Of a DNA stretch of 64,000 bases, positions 1 through 9,331 are shown piece after piece. Numbering within the stretch: the stretch's first letter is position 1; every line of letters begins with the position of its first letter. The translations under genes were made by a program, and so were the position numbers. Source of the stretch: Candidatus Heimdallarchaeota archaeon (lineage in GTDB: Archaea > Asgardarchaeota > Heimdallarchaeia > Heimdallarchaeales > Heimdallarchaeaceae); assembly GCA_019057375.1 (NCBI GenBank), contig DXJF01000097.1, positions 1 through 64,000 on the forward strand, in the 5' to 3' direction. The notes beneath the pieces are model-generated. The model was given only the letters and a program-made list of their open reading frames with translations. It was not told the DNA's origin and did no database searches.

Positions 1-682
1 CAAATAGGGGTAGTTTATTGTATAATCCATAAGCAATCTTCTTTGCGAAATTTCCTTCCGTCTTTTTTTCAGGAGAATATTCAACAGATAATTCTGCCAA
101 TATTTTCTCTGTTTCCTCAAAATCATTGCTCATGTCTTCTATAAGTTTGAATTTTTCTAATATTGTTAAAAGAGACGTGTAGATTAAAGGTAAACCTGTT
201 CTAGGTGGTATTCCCTCTCGTATTTTTATGTGAGGTACACTACTCTTCTTAGAAAGTTTTTCCAAAAGTCCCCCTGAAGAGATTGTTATAATCATAGTAC
301 CTTTAGTAAGTGCGTCTTTGAAACAAGAGAGAGTTTCTTCTGTGTTCCCAGAATAACTAACACATATAATCAAGGTAGAACTGTTACTGAAAGCGGGTAG
401 GTAATAGTCTCTATTAACTAAAATTGGAATTTTGAGTTCGTTTTTTAACAAACTAGATAAATAATCACCTGCAATAGCTGAACCCCCCATTCCACAAACT
501 ACTATGTTGGACGGTTCAACATATTTTATACTCTTATCTTTCCAATGTATTTTTTCAGGAATAACTATTTTTAGACTATTTTCTCGAGCCTCTTTAAACA
601 GAGATGACCACTTCTCAAGAATTTGAAGCTGATTAGATTTATCAATTTCAATAATGCGGTTTTGTTCGTCCAAATCAATCAT
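1..682 (-). CDS. Bifunctional phosphoglucose/phosphomannose isomerase (SIS domain), 3'-truncated by window edge
   Basis: Manual translation from ATG at 682: MIDLDEQNRIIEIDKSNQ...ICGMGGSAIAGDYL...CVSYSGNTEETLS...ISSGG...GIPPR; PGI/PMI SIS motifs. Confidence 0.85.
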   Translation of the reverse strand, partial: MIDLDEQNRIIEIDKSNQLQILEKWSSLFKEARENSLKIVIPEKIHWKDKSIKYVEPSNIVVCGMGGSAIAGDYLSSLLKNELKIPILVNRDYYLPAFSNSSTLIICVSYSGNTEETLSCFKDALTKGTMIITISSGGLLEKLSKKSSVPHIKIREGIPPRTGLPLIYTSLLTILEKFKLIEDMSNDFEETEKILAELSVEYSPEKKTEGNFAKKIAYGLYNKLPLF

Positions 683-702
683 AATTTTTACTTCCAAAAA
701 GA

Positions 703-1515
703 TTATTCAAAGGAAATTTCTTTACCCTTCACCCACAAATGTTCAAAATTATTGGAAAAAATCTCAATGATTCCAGAGTTAGAGGAGAAGTGGGGACGAT
801 AAACATACTTCTCATGTTTAACTGGAGAAACCCAAATAACAAAGACAACTTGTTCTTCATCTACTAAAGTACCGCGAGCTAGAACATTTCCCTCTGTAAT
901 ACTTCTTACTTGAGCACCTAAATCAAGAAGATTTCTTGCAACATCTTTTGATTTGGAATCGTCTATACTCATTATGACTCTAACTTTAACTCCTTTATCT
1001 AGTGCATCTTTGATTTCTTTTTTGACATCATTATACCAATAGAAGACATTAGTAAAAATCGATATCTCTTTCTCTCCTTTTCTAATAATATCCTTAGTCT
1101 TTATTTGCATCTCTTCCAGAGAAGAGTATGCTTCAAGTAGTTCATCTGGTTTGATAATTAATTTTGATTGATACTCTGGATCACTTAAAAGAGACATGAT
1201 TTCCTGTGAAACTGTTGCCATCTTATCAAGTTCATCGTGATATTCTTGCTCTTTAAATCTTAGAAGGTTATCCAATCCCTTCTTTAGAGTAATTACTTCA
1301 AAACGCTTGGGTCTTCCTGATATTGTTCGAACCAATCCTTTTTTCTCTAAGCTGTCAATAGTATCATAAATTCTTGGTGTGGGGATGTCTGTCTGTTTGT
1401 GAATCTCTTCCGCAGTAGAAGATGAAAGAGCTACTAAAGTGATCAAAGTTTTAACTTCATATTGAGTCAAACCAAGAGCTTTAAGCTTTAAGGTAAGTTC
1501 CTCAGTGTCAGACAT
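703..1515 (-). CDS. TrmB-family transcriptional regulator
   Basis: LGLTQYE...IPTPRIYDTIDSLEKKGLV HTH plus C-terminal PLD-like effector domain. Confidence 0.9.
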   Translation of the reverse strand: MSDTEELTLKLKALGLTQYEVKTLITLVALSSSTAEEIHKQTDIPTPRIYDTIDSLEKKGLVRTISGRPKRFEVITLKKGLDNLLRFKEQEYHDELDKMATVSQEIMSLLSDPEYQSKLIIKPDELLEAYSSLEEMQIKTKDIIRKGEKEISIFTNVFYWYNDVKKEIKDALDKGVKVRVIMSIDDSKSKDVARNLLDLGAQVRSITEGNVLARGTLVDEEQVVFVIWVSPVKHEKYVYRPHFSSNSGIIEIFSNNFEHLWVKGKEISFE

Positions 1516-1650
1516 AGGGCTTTCTCCACTTTCAAATCTATACAGAGAAATATATAAGTAAATCGTAAGAGTAGCAGCAGAAAGTAAAATTAATTAACCA
1601 AAAGTTTAAAATGAAAACAACTAGCAGAAGAAATGTAACCAACAAAACAA

Positions 1651-1728
1651 GGGGCAATGGTCTAGCCTGGTTATGACAACTCCCTTACACGGAGTAGGCC
1701 GGCGGTTCAAATCCGCTTTGCCCCACCA
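1651..1728 (+). tRNA. tRNA-Val(TAC), CCA encoded
   Basis: GGGGCAA/TTGCCCC acceptor stem; ACTCC-CTTACAC-GGAGT anticodon arm; GGCGG-TTCAAAT-CCGCT T arm; ends ACCA. Confidence 0.97.
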
Positions 1729-3023
1729 CCTTCTATTTACTTTCAACAATGTTATTTTAGGTATTTATAGTAATTTCAAGATTATTCAATTGATGATTGA
1801 GTGTCTAAGAACTGAAAGAATTGAAGTTGGTTTTGATCCAAATCTTAGTCAACTGTGTCATCAAACTAAAAATCTCTATAATGCAGCTAATTATACAATA
1901 AGACAGTTTTTTTTCAAGCAGAAAACAATACTAACTTACTATAAACTTTGGAAGATATTCAAAACAACTCCTGAGTATAAACAATTGCCTGGACATACAG
2001 CACAACAAACATTAAGAATTTTAGCAAGGAATTGGACTTCTTTTATTAGAACAAACAGAGAATTTACTCATAATCCTAAGAAATATATGAGTAAACCGAG
2101 TATTCCAAGATTTAAGAAAAAGGATGGAGAGTTTCAAGCATTATTTACGATAAACCAAGTAAATATCGATAGAGATGGTTATCTCAATTTTCCAAAGAAA
2201 GTGAAATATAAAATTAAGACACGATTATCAGATAAAACGAAACTTCAACTTGTAAGGGTAATTCCAAAAGGTGTAGGATATAGAATAGAAATTGTGTATA
2301 AACGAAATTTTCAAACTAGAGTGCCTTCAATGAAGAGAAAAGCCGCTATTGATCTCGGAGTAGTAAACATCATAACTATGATAGACAACATTGGTAGCAG
2401 ACCAATTGTAGTTAAAGATGATGGAAAAGGATTAAAATCAAATATACAGTTCTATTTGAAAGAGCGAGCTAGGTTGCAAAGCATATACAAAAGTCAATCC
2501 ATAAAATCAGGAAAGAAACTAACAAAACTAATTGATACATTTGAACGAAAAAAACTTGAACAATTACATAAGATTAGTATAGCGATAGTTCAAGAATGCG
2601 AAAACAAGAATATCGGTGTTCTAGTGATTGGGTATAATCCAGAGTGGAAACAGAGAGTTCAACTTGGTCGAAGGATGAATCAAAATTTCGTAAGCATACC
2701 ATATTTTGAATTAATAGAGAAAATTAAGTATAAATCTGAAGAGAAGAGTATTCAAGTAGAATTGGTTGATGAAAGATATACTTCAAAATGTAGTTTTTTA
2801 GACAATGAAATGGTTAAAAAACAGCTACAATACCAAGGTAAAAGGGTTTCAAGAGGAATCTTCTGCTCATCTAAGGGTTACAAGATTAATGCAGATGTTA
2901 ATGCTGCCTATAATATACTTGCAAAAAGCGATCCAAAAGCACTTCCTAAGAGGAGTGTTGATGGGGTAGGAGGATATGTGGCATATCCGTCCAGCTGGAA
3001 ACTATAAGTTAAAAGCTGGTAAA
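1729..3023 (+). mobile_element. Non-autonomous IS200/IS605-type (IS1341-like) tnpB-only element immediately 3' of tRNA-Val; ends approximate
   Basis: tnpB without tnpA; GC-rich hairpins at the 3' end. Confidence 0.6.
1793..3007 (+). CDS. tnpB: TnpB (IS200/IS605 OrfB) RNA-guided endonuclease; likely start 1793 (ORF-track start at 1673 lies inside the tRNA)
   Basis: LCHQTKNLYNAANY N-terminus; RuvC motifs AAIDLGVVN, LVIGYNPEWKQ, VDERYTSKCS, INADVNAAYNI. Confidence 0.93.
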   Translation: MIECLRTERIEVGFDPNLSQLCHQTKNLYNAANYTIRQFFFKQKTILTYYKLWKIFKTTPEYKQLPGHTAQQTLRILARNWTSFIRTNREFTHNPKKYMSKPSIPRFKKKDGEFQALFTINQVNIDRDGYLNFPKKVKYKIKTRLSDKTKLQLVRVIPKGVGYRIEIVYKRNFQTRVPSMKRKAAIDLGVVNIITMIDNIGSRPIVVKDDGKGLKSNIQFYLKERARLQSIYKSQSIKSGKKLTKLIDTFERKKLEQLHKISIAIVQECENKNIGVLVIGYNPEWKQRVQLGRRMNQNFVSIPYFELIEKIKYKSEEKSIQVELVDERYTSKCSFLDNEMVKKQLQYQGKRVSRGIFCSSKGYKINADVNAAYNILAKSDPKALPKRSVDGVGGYVAYPSSWKL

Positions 3024-3040
3024 AATAGATACATTTTAGT
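2939..3040 (+). ncRNA. Putative omegaRNA/right-end RNA of TnpB
   Basis: Hairpins GCACTTCCT/AGGAGTGT (2939-2958), GGATATG-TGG-CATATCC (2972-2988), CCAGCT...AGCTGG (2991-3019) overlapping tnpB 3' end. Confidence 0.6.
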
Positions 3041-3058
3041 TATCTTGCCATACCTCGC

Positions 3059-3850
3059 TTACACCGATTTATCTCCACCCATCTCTCTAATGAAATTGAT
3101 CGCTGAAGAAATTATGACCTCAGATTCAGTATAAATTCCAAATTCCTTACTTGTGGAAAAAGATTCCTTTGTTAAATTCATTGAAGAAATTATACATCTG
3201 CTTTTATCTGTAATAAGAATCTTGGCATGAATATCGTCATCTTCAATTACTATGGAATTTTGCTTTTTCAAGAGATTAATCCATTTTTGTTGTTCGAGTT
3301 TTTGTTTTTCATTCCAAAAATTTATTGGATTTCTTGTAACTAAAACAAGTTTTCCTAATTTTTCAGCATTATTTTTCAAATGGTCTAATATTATATTTCC
3401 CTGCAGAAAAGGGCTTACAACAATTATACTCTCCTTAGCCTCTTCTATGAGATTCATGTATTTCCCTCTTAAACTCAGTCCAGCTAAAGCTTCTAAAGAT
3501 TCTTCTGTATTAACTACAGTTTCTGTTAAAGATAATAACTTATCTAATTTTTCTTCTTTAAAAATCTCTATTTTGTAGTTTTCATCATCTAATTGTTCTT
3601 TAGTTATCACCTCATATTTTCCTATTACATGATAAAAAAACTCTGAATCAGTCGTTTCCTTTTCAATAATTTTGTTGTTGAATAGCTTCCTCAATGCAAT
3701 TTTTAACGCATAAGGTGTCAATTTAGTTTTTTCAGATAATTCTTTCCAAGTCAAAGACTTTATGTTCAGTTGCTCTAGAATTCTATAACTCCATGAATTC
3801 TTCAGAACTTTGTATACAATACTGGACATGCTGAATAGTTTTGTGTGCAT
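3059..3850 (-). CDS. Winged-helix + phospholipase D (HKD) nuclease-like protein
   Basis: N-terminal HTH (LTWKELSEKTKLTPYALKIALRKL); C-terminal IVVSPF...IHAKILITD...ISSMNLT single HKD motif. Confidence 0.75.
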   Translation of the reverse strand: MHTKLFSMSSIVYKVLKNSWSYRILEQLNIKSLTWKELSEKTKLTPYALKIALRKLFNNKIIEKETTDSEFFYHVIGKYEVITKEQLDDENYKIEIFKEEKLDKLLSLTETVVNTEESLEALAGLSLRGKYMNLIEEAKESIIVVSPFLQGNIILDHLKNNAEKLGKLVLVTRNPINFWNEKQKLEQQKWINLLKKQNSIVIEDDDIHAKILITDKSRCIISSMNLTKESFSTSKEFGIYTESEVIISSAINFIREMGGDKSV

Positions 3851-4033
3851 GTTTTAAAATATTGTTAAAGAATTGGAAACATTATCTTTACACCTTCTTT
3901 GGTAATTCATCGAAATAATTTTTTATATCTTTCCAATAATCTTACCATAACTCCCTTACGCAATATTTCCTTTGATGTATGTGTTTCTCTGTGCAAAAAA
4001 CATATAATCAAACTTAATATTTAGATTCTAGGG

Positions 4034-5215
4034 ATGGATATGAAAGTAAAACATGTGAATTTAGAAGACTTATCGCTTGGTGAGAAACGACAATATATTT
4101 TGGTAAAGAAGCTGCTTATAGATTTGGAGGGCAATCTAAATGACTTTACTGAAATAAATCTATTGAATAATATTCTTAAAATAGGTTTAATAGAGGAACT
4201 TATTGTTAAAGCGTTTTTAACAACACTGAATGTAGATTTCGACGAAAATACGAAGTTTACAGATTTAATAGGAAAGAAATTTCTAGATGGAGTTCTTAAG
4301 GAAAATTATAACTGTCATCTCCCATACAAAGTTGAACTTAAAAAAATGTATAAACAGAGAAACCAAGCTCAGCATGGAGGAGTTTTACCTAATGCTACTG
4401 AATTGCATGGATGGTTTTCAATTCTAAAAAAATTCATTCTTAAGGTTTTTGCAATTATTTTTGATATAGATTTCATGGAAGTAAATTTAGCTTCTTTAAT
4501 AAAGAATCCGGATAGAAAGAATCTCTATAATTCATTTATTAACATGCTTGAAAATGAGAGTTGGAAAGAAGCATTATCCTATGGATCAAAACTTTATTTG
4601 AGATTAATGGAACACTATAAACAAGTTAATTATTTCTTTTTGTTTGAAGTGTATTGCAATATTAAAATGGCTGCGGATATAGAAAATGAAATGGCAACAA
4701 AAATTAGTAGGCTTTTTGAACTTCTTCCTTCAAGAGATTTTTATTCCGCCTTTAATATTAATGAGGAAATTCATAGAAAACTTGCTACTAATTCAATTAG
4801 AATTGAAACTGAAACTGATTTATCTATTGAAGAATTGAAGAAAGAAGTTTTATCGCTAAATACACGATTAGTTGACTTGTTAATAAGATTGGATTCAAAT
4901 AACGTTTCATCTGACTTTAACCAAGATATATTCATTATCAATGATTTGGAATATCCAGTCCAGTATATGAAAGGTCATTACAATGAAACAGAAGGCTTTA
5001 TTTTGCATTTTACAGGTATTATAAATAATCTAGAAAATTTCAATGTATTAAGAAATTATACCGAAGATACTGATATAAGTTTGAAATATACAAGCTATAA
5101 AATACCCGACATAGCCAATCTTAATGTCTTTGCTACTGATTATGAAATGCTTGATTTATCTGAAGAAACTGTATTCAGATATTATGTAACCATAAAATCC
5201 TCAAATAATAGTTAG
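4034..5215 (+). CDS. HEPN-domain (DUF4145/Abi-like) protein
   Basis: RNQAQH fits the HEPN RxxxxH motif in context LP...ELKKMYKQRNQAQHGGVLP...FDIDF...NLASLIKN. Confidence 0.6.
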   Translation: MDMKVKHVNLEDLSLGEKRQYILVKKLLIDLEGNLNDFTEINLLNNILKIGLIEELIVKAFLTTLNVDFDENTKFTDLIGKKFLDGVLKENYNCHLPYKVELKKMYKQRNQAQHGGVLPNATELHGWFSILKKFILKVFAIIFDIDFMEVNLASLIKNPDRKNLYNSFINMLENESWKEALSYGSKLYLRLMEHYKQVNYFFLFEVYCNIKMAADIENEMATKISRLFELLPSRDFYSAFNINEEIHRKLATNSIRIETETDLSIEELKKEVLSLNTRLVDLLIRLDSNNVSSDFNQDIFIINDLEYPVQYMKGHYNETEGFILHFTGIINNLENFNVLRNYTEDTDISLKYTSYKIPDIANLNVFATDYEMLDLSEETVFRYYVTIKSSNNS

Positions 5216-5241
5216 GAATAAATAATGTAACCATGAATAAT

Positions 5242-5267
5242 GAGTTCGAATCCACTCTTCCTCACCA
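5242..5267 (+). repeat. tRNA 3'-end fragment (att-like): T-loop, acceptor 3' strand, ACCA
   Basis: GAGTTCGAATCCACTCTTCCTCACCA; 18/23 nt identical to tRNA-Val 1706-1728. Confidence 0.75.
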
Positions 5268-5401
5268 CTTCTTAATTACTTTCTTAATATACTGAATTAA
5301 TTATTTGCTGATTTTCTACTCTTTTTTATTCTTATGGATTGAGGAATAATTTATTAGATATAAAGAATTATTTTGAATCTGTAATATATTGAAGTGATAG
5401 A

Positions 5402-5881
5402 ATGAAAAAAGTTCACATAAGGTGGTTTTACGAAATTGACTTCCAAGAAGCATTAGTTGAAGGATTAAAAGACTACTACACACTATATGCAATTCTAAAA
5501 GTTCCAAAAACAAAAGGAATTAAAACAGCAGTTAAAGCAATTTTTTCCGATCCAGAATTACTTTATATAGGTAGTTCTCTGCAGACTCCAACAAAGAGAT
5601 TATTGAGCAATCATAAAGCCCTTCTTTCAGCACTTAGAGATTTTGGTGATGATAATTATGTCCAATTTGCTTTTGGAGGATTTTCGGATGAGAAAGATAC
5701 TTCAATAGATTTGGATGAGCAAGCACTAAGGGATGTTGAGGCTGCGATAATTCAATTCTTCAAACCCAGATTAAATGCTACTGGTGTAAAAGATTATGTG
5801 GGTAGTCAAGCTCTAAGAATAAGAAGTGAATGTGAAGATATTAGTCAACTGAATTTCGAAATTGAAGCAGTTGGAATATGA
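5402..5881 (+). CDS. GIY-YIG nuclease family protein
   Basis: LYAI...LLYIGSS...RLLSNH...VEAAIIQFFKPRLN. Confidence 0.7.
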   Translation: MKKVHIRWFYEIDFQEALVEGLKDYYTLYAILKVPKTKGIKTAVKAIFSDPELLYIGSSLQTPTKRLLSNHKALLSALRDFGDDNYVQFAFGGFSDEKDTSIDLDEQALRDVEAAIIQFFKPRLNATGVKDYVGSQALRIRSECEDISQLNFEIEAVGI

Positions 5882-5938
5882 GTTAAAAAATCTTAAAAGT
5901 CAAGGTAGTCTTATGTTATAGATGAATCTAAGATAAAG

Positions 5939-5961
5939 CTCGAATCCGCTCTGCCTCACCA
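5939..5961 (+). repeat. Second tRNA 3'-end fragment (att-like)
   Basis: CTCGAATCCGCTCTGCCTCACCA; 20/23 to the 5245-5267 fragment, 19/23 to tRNA-Val 3' end. Confidence 0.75.
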
Positions 5962-6055
5962 TTTTCAGCCTATTTTTGTTACATGCTAGTCTTTAATTAA
6001 TTTCAAACATTCTTTAGTTTAGTGAGTTCTTTTCTTTATAATAATAAAAGGAGAT

Positions 6056-6613
6056 TTGGAAATGACAGACGAAATAGATATGGAAACTATTACACTAGGT
6101 GGGGGATGCTTTTGGTGTATTGAAGCTGTTTATAGTGAATTAGAAGGCGTACAAATAGCGGAATCAGGTTATTCTGGAGGTAAAATTGATTATCCTACAT
6201 ATGAACAGGTTTGCTCGGGGTCAACAGGTCATGTAGAAGTTGTTCAAATAATATTCAATCCAGAAATAGTTACATTCAAAGAAATTCTAGAACTCTTCTT
6301 TACGATACATGATCCAACTACATTGAACCGCCAAGGTAATGATGTTGGTTCTCAATATAGATCTGCAATATTTTATCATTCTGAAGAACAAAAGCAGATT
6401 ATTGAAGAGATGATCTCTGTATTGAATAGCTCAAAGAAATGGAGTAATCCCATAGTTACAGAGGTAACTTCGTTTAATAAATTCTACCAAGCAGAGGAAT
6501 ATCATCAGAATTACTTCAAGCTTAATTCATCACAACCATACTGTAGAGTCGTAATTGAACCTAAAGTTAACAAATTCAGAAAGTTGTACCTTAGTCAATT
6601 AAAAGAAGATTAA
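6056..6613 (+). CDS. msrA: Peptide methionine sulfoxide reductase A
   Basis: GGGCFWC, GYSGG, HDPTTLNRQGNDVGSQYRSAIF, AEEYHQNY. Confidence 0.97.
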   Translation: MEMTDEIDMETITLGGGCFWCIEAVYSELEGVQIAESGYSGGKIDYPTYEQVCSGSTGHVEVVQIIFNPEIVTFKEILELFFTIHDPTTLNRQGNDVGSQYRSAIFYHSEEQKQIIEEMISVLNSSKKWSNPIVTEVTSFNKFYQAEEYHQNYFKLNSSQPYCRVVIEPKVNKFRKLYLSQLKED

Positions 6614-7732
6614 TTACTTAGTTTTTGTATATTCTCTAATTTCAGAAACATCTTCAAATATCCTTAATTCCACTCCTTTTTGTTTCAGGTAAGTAACAAA
6701 TATTTTATCTAAAGATTCAACGTCATTTCTCAATTTTTCAAAATCATTCTCTGTTATACTCGAGCTTAAATCAGGAAAATTGAGCATCTTATATGATTTA
6801 CTAATTTCATCATAATTATTAAAATTTAAACTATTGACTAGTTTATTCGTTTCCATCATTTCTATTTCATCTGCAATGCATAGCTGAACCTCTGTTGCAG
6901 CATAACTCGCAGCAAGAATTTCTTTTTTTTCACATGCTGAGAGTACTTTGTTTAGATATGACTTGATACTCACATAACTATCTGTAAGATTCTTTATCTG
7001 TTCATCAGAATCAATGGAAAACTCACTTCTTTTAAAGTTAAGAATCTCTCTTAATTGTCTCAAAATCCTCTTTCCTGAAAAAATCATTTTATCGTAATTA
7101 TCAGATGTTGCTAAAGTAATGATATCGCTTTCATAATTTTCTGGCAAAATATCTAATGTGAAAGTAACATGTAAATTTGAACCCCAGTTCTTTGAATGTA
7201 TTATATTATTTACAAAAGCAAGAATACTTACTGTTCCATTAATAAAGTTCCATACAGCCCATCTTGCAGTCATGATATTATTGGTTTTCCTTGCAAATTC
7301 TAATTGCTGAATTACACTATTTAACCATCTAAAATTGGTCATAGCTATTTCAATTTGCTTTTTCTTTCCAATTTCAGCTTTCTTTTTTAACTCTTGAAAA
7401 CGAGTTCTATCTTCTTCTGACCTAGAATAAATCTCTTGATTATTGAAGAAAATTCCTGCAGCAACAGGAAAAATTATGGGATTCATGTCAGCCGTAGCTA
7501 TTTTTTCAGCCCAAAACCAACTGGTACACCAGAACTCTATTGTTTGATTGTTGAAAACAAATTCAATTGAAAATTTCTTATCTTCGTTATCAAGTATAGC
7601 ATACATATCAAGATCTGAAAACTCTGTTTGCTCTCCTACTGCAGTTGAACCATAGATAGCAATTATTGCGATTTCTGGATGATTTTTAATCACCTCGTTT
7701 TTTAAGACCTCAGCAATTTCTTCCATATTCAT
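6614..7732 (-). CDS. Nucleotidyltransferase (KNTase-like, pol-beta superfamily)
   Basis: IAIYGSTAVGEQTEFSDLDM motif with helical C-terminal domains. Confidence 0.7.
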   Translation of the reverse strand: MNMEEIAEVLKNEVIKNHPEIAIIAIYGSTAVGEQTEFSDLDMYAILDNEDKKFSIEFVFNNQTIEFWCTSWFWAEKIATADMNPIIFPVAAGIFFNNQEIYSRSEEDRTRFQELKKKAEIGKKKQIEIAMTNFRWLNSVIQQLEFARKTNNIMTARWAVWNFINGTVSILAFVNNIIHSKNWGSNLHVTFTLDILPENYESDIITLATSDNYDKMIFSGKRILRQLREILNFKRSEFSIDSDEQIKNLTDSYVSIKSYLNKVLSACEKKEILAASYAATEVQLCIADEIEMMETNKLVNSLNFNNYDEISKSYKMLNFPDLSSSITENDFEKLRNDVESLDKIFVTYLKQKGVELRIFEDVSEIREYTKTK

Positions 7733-7819
7733 AGTATCAATTTAAAATTCGAATTTTTATAGATTACCTACAGAGTGCATAAAGCTGTTTTCTTATGAAT
7801 CAAGATGGTTTTTTAATCC

Positions 7820-8611
7820 TCAGCTTTCTTGCTCTTCTTGAACTTTAGTTAATTCCTTTACCCTTTTAGGGACTTGAGCTCCAATCTTTGCTCTTCCTAG
7901 GAGATACCCTAATTCAGGGATCAAACCATCTGCTCTAGTTCCTCTTTTACAAATTAATCTATATTCAAGTAACCCTATTCTTTCTATTACTTCGATATCT
8001 TCAGCATGATTTGAACCGATAAGGGCTTGCTTTATCATTCTTCTTGTAGTTCCACAGATAATTAAAGCCTCTTTCTTTTCCTTCAATGTACTTTTCAGCC
8101 ATTTGAGTGATTCATCAGTAAGCTTGACCCAAACTTTAGATCCTATAATCTGTTTCTTTATTACTTCAAAAAACATTGGTAAATTATCTGTGAAACCATA
8201 GGCCCTAACCATATTAGTCAGAGGGACTTTTTTACCTTGAGCCAATTGATTTCTCATCTCATAAAGTGGATAAAGAGCATCTATACTTTGGGTTGTGCTT
8301 GTTATACCACAGTCTATGAACAAACCAAACTTAACTTCCCCTACTTCTCTAAATCTACCATAAATAACATCTCCCTCTTGCAAATCTCCAATGCTTTGTA
8401 TTGTTCCATAATTTTTTATTAAGATGTTTTTGGCTATTTCCTCATCTTCCCCTTCTATTGTAACCTCGGCATATCTTTCCTTAGTGAAACTTATTCCCTT
8501 GATTTCTACATCTAAATTCTCAAATTCTCTGTTTAGTATGTAAGTAAAAGCCTTTTCTGAACTATGTTTAGCAACAATGTAGGTTTTTTCAAGAGTAATT
8601 ATTTTTTGCAT
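7820..8611 (-). CDS. DUF2110-family protein
   Basis: Recognised archaeal family pattern (GEDEEIAKN, GKV-type FGLFID, ERIGLLE...CKRGT..DG). Confidence 0.75.
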   Translation of the reverse strand: MQKIITLEKTYIVAKHSSEKAFTYILNREFENLDVEIKGISFTKERYAEVTIEGEDEEIAKNILIKNYGTIQSIGDLQEGDVIYGRFREVGEVKFGLFIDCGITSTTQSIDALYPLYEMRNQLAQGKKVPLTNMVRAYGFTDNLPMFFEVIKKQIIGSKVWVKLTDESLKWLKSTLKEKKEALIICGTTRRMIKQALIGSNHAEDIEVIERIGLLEYRLICKRGTRADGLIPELGYLLGRAKIGAQVPKRVKELTKVQEEQES

Positions 8612-8623
8612 ATTTCTATCACC

Positions 8624-9178
8624 TTAAATCTTATTGGCCTGTTTTCCCCTTTCCATAGGAACAATTTCATAATTTGCATCTTGGAATTTTTGTTTTCTTG
8701 CTTCTCCTTCTGAAATCCTATCAAGAAAAACTGCAAGTGCTGCAACTTCACTATGTGGTTGATTACCAATTGCTATATTATAATCTGCGAGTTCGAAAAC
8801 TTGACCCGGAACTTTAACTCCTCCAACCACAATCAGAATCTCCTCCTTCTCCAAATTTTGGATTTCCTGTAATCTATCTGATAGCTCAATACCATACATA
8901 GTTAGATGAATCACAACTCCACCTTGTTTCTTCCAATCTTTCAAGAAATTCCAAGGTTTTCCAATATGTGTTGCGGATAAATTTCCCCCCCATTCATTCT
9001 GTATTTTCTGAATACTGTCTTCCACATGTGTATCATGATCTCCTGTGTAGAAAAATTCAGATGCTCCAAAAGCTCTAGCTGTTAATGCCAAATGTGTAGA
9101 GATTCTCTTGTCTCTTACAACTCTATGTGATAACCGGAGTACAGCTAGTTTCATATCGATAATTAATTTGAAATACAC
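8624..9178 (-). CDS. trm56: tRNA (cytidine-56-2'-O)-methyltransferase aTrm56
   Basis: LRLSHRVVRDKRISTHLALTARAFGA, HLTMYG, VGGVKVP, IGNQPHSEVAALAVFLDR. Confidence 0.95.
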   Translation of the reverse strand: MYFKLIIDMKLAVLRLSHRVVRDKRISTHLALTARAFGASEFFYTGDHDTHVEDSIQKIQNEWGGNLSATHIGKPWNFLKDWKKQGGVVIHLTMYGIELSDRLQEIQNLEKEEILIVVGGVKVPGQVFELADYNIAIGNQPHSEVAALAVFLDRISEGEARKQKFQDANYEIVPMERGKQANKI

Positions 9179-9331
9179 TTAAAGTTGCTGATTTGGTTGT
9201 TTAGTAGATTTCTCGCAGAAGATAGAATACTTAATCGAATAACTAATTAATGAATCAAAACAATAAGTAAAGTATATTATATATAGACTTTTATATTTAT
9301 TTAGTTAAGAAAATATTGAGAAATACAGAGG

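Noticed and set aside
1673-1792. N-terminal 40 aa of the 444-aa TnpB ORF
   Set aside because: Overlaps tRNA-Val; TnpB similarity begins after the ATG at 1793.
3949-3959. 11-nt match (AACTCCCTTAC) to the tRNA-Val anticodon arm
   Set aside because: Too short to distinguish from chance; no flanking tRNA similarity.
3851-4010. Possible decayed 5' extension of the wHTH-PLD gene
   Set aside because: Multiple stops, a different frame and no recognisable motif.
5316-5513. Numerous 60-140 aa ORFs antisense to or nested in long genes throughout the window
   Set aside because: No motifs; they overlap confidently assigned genes.
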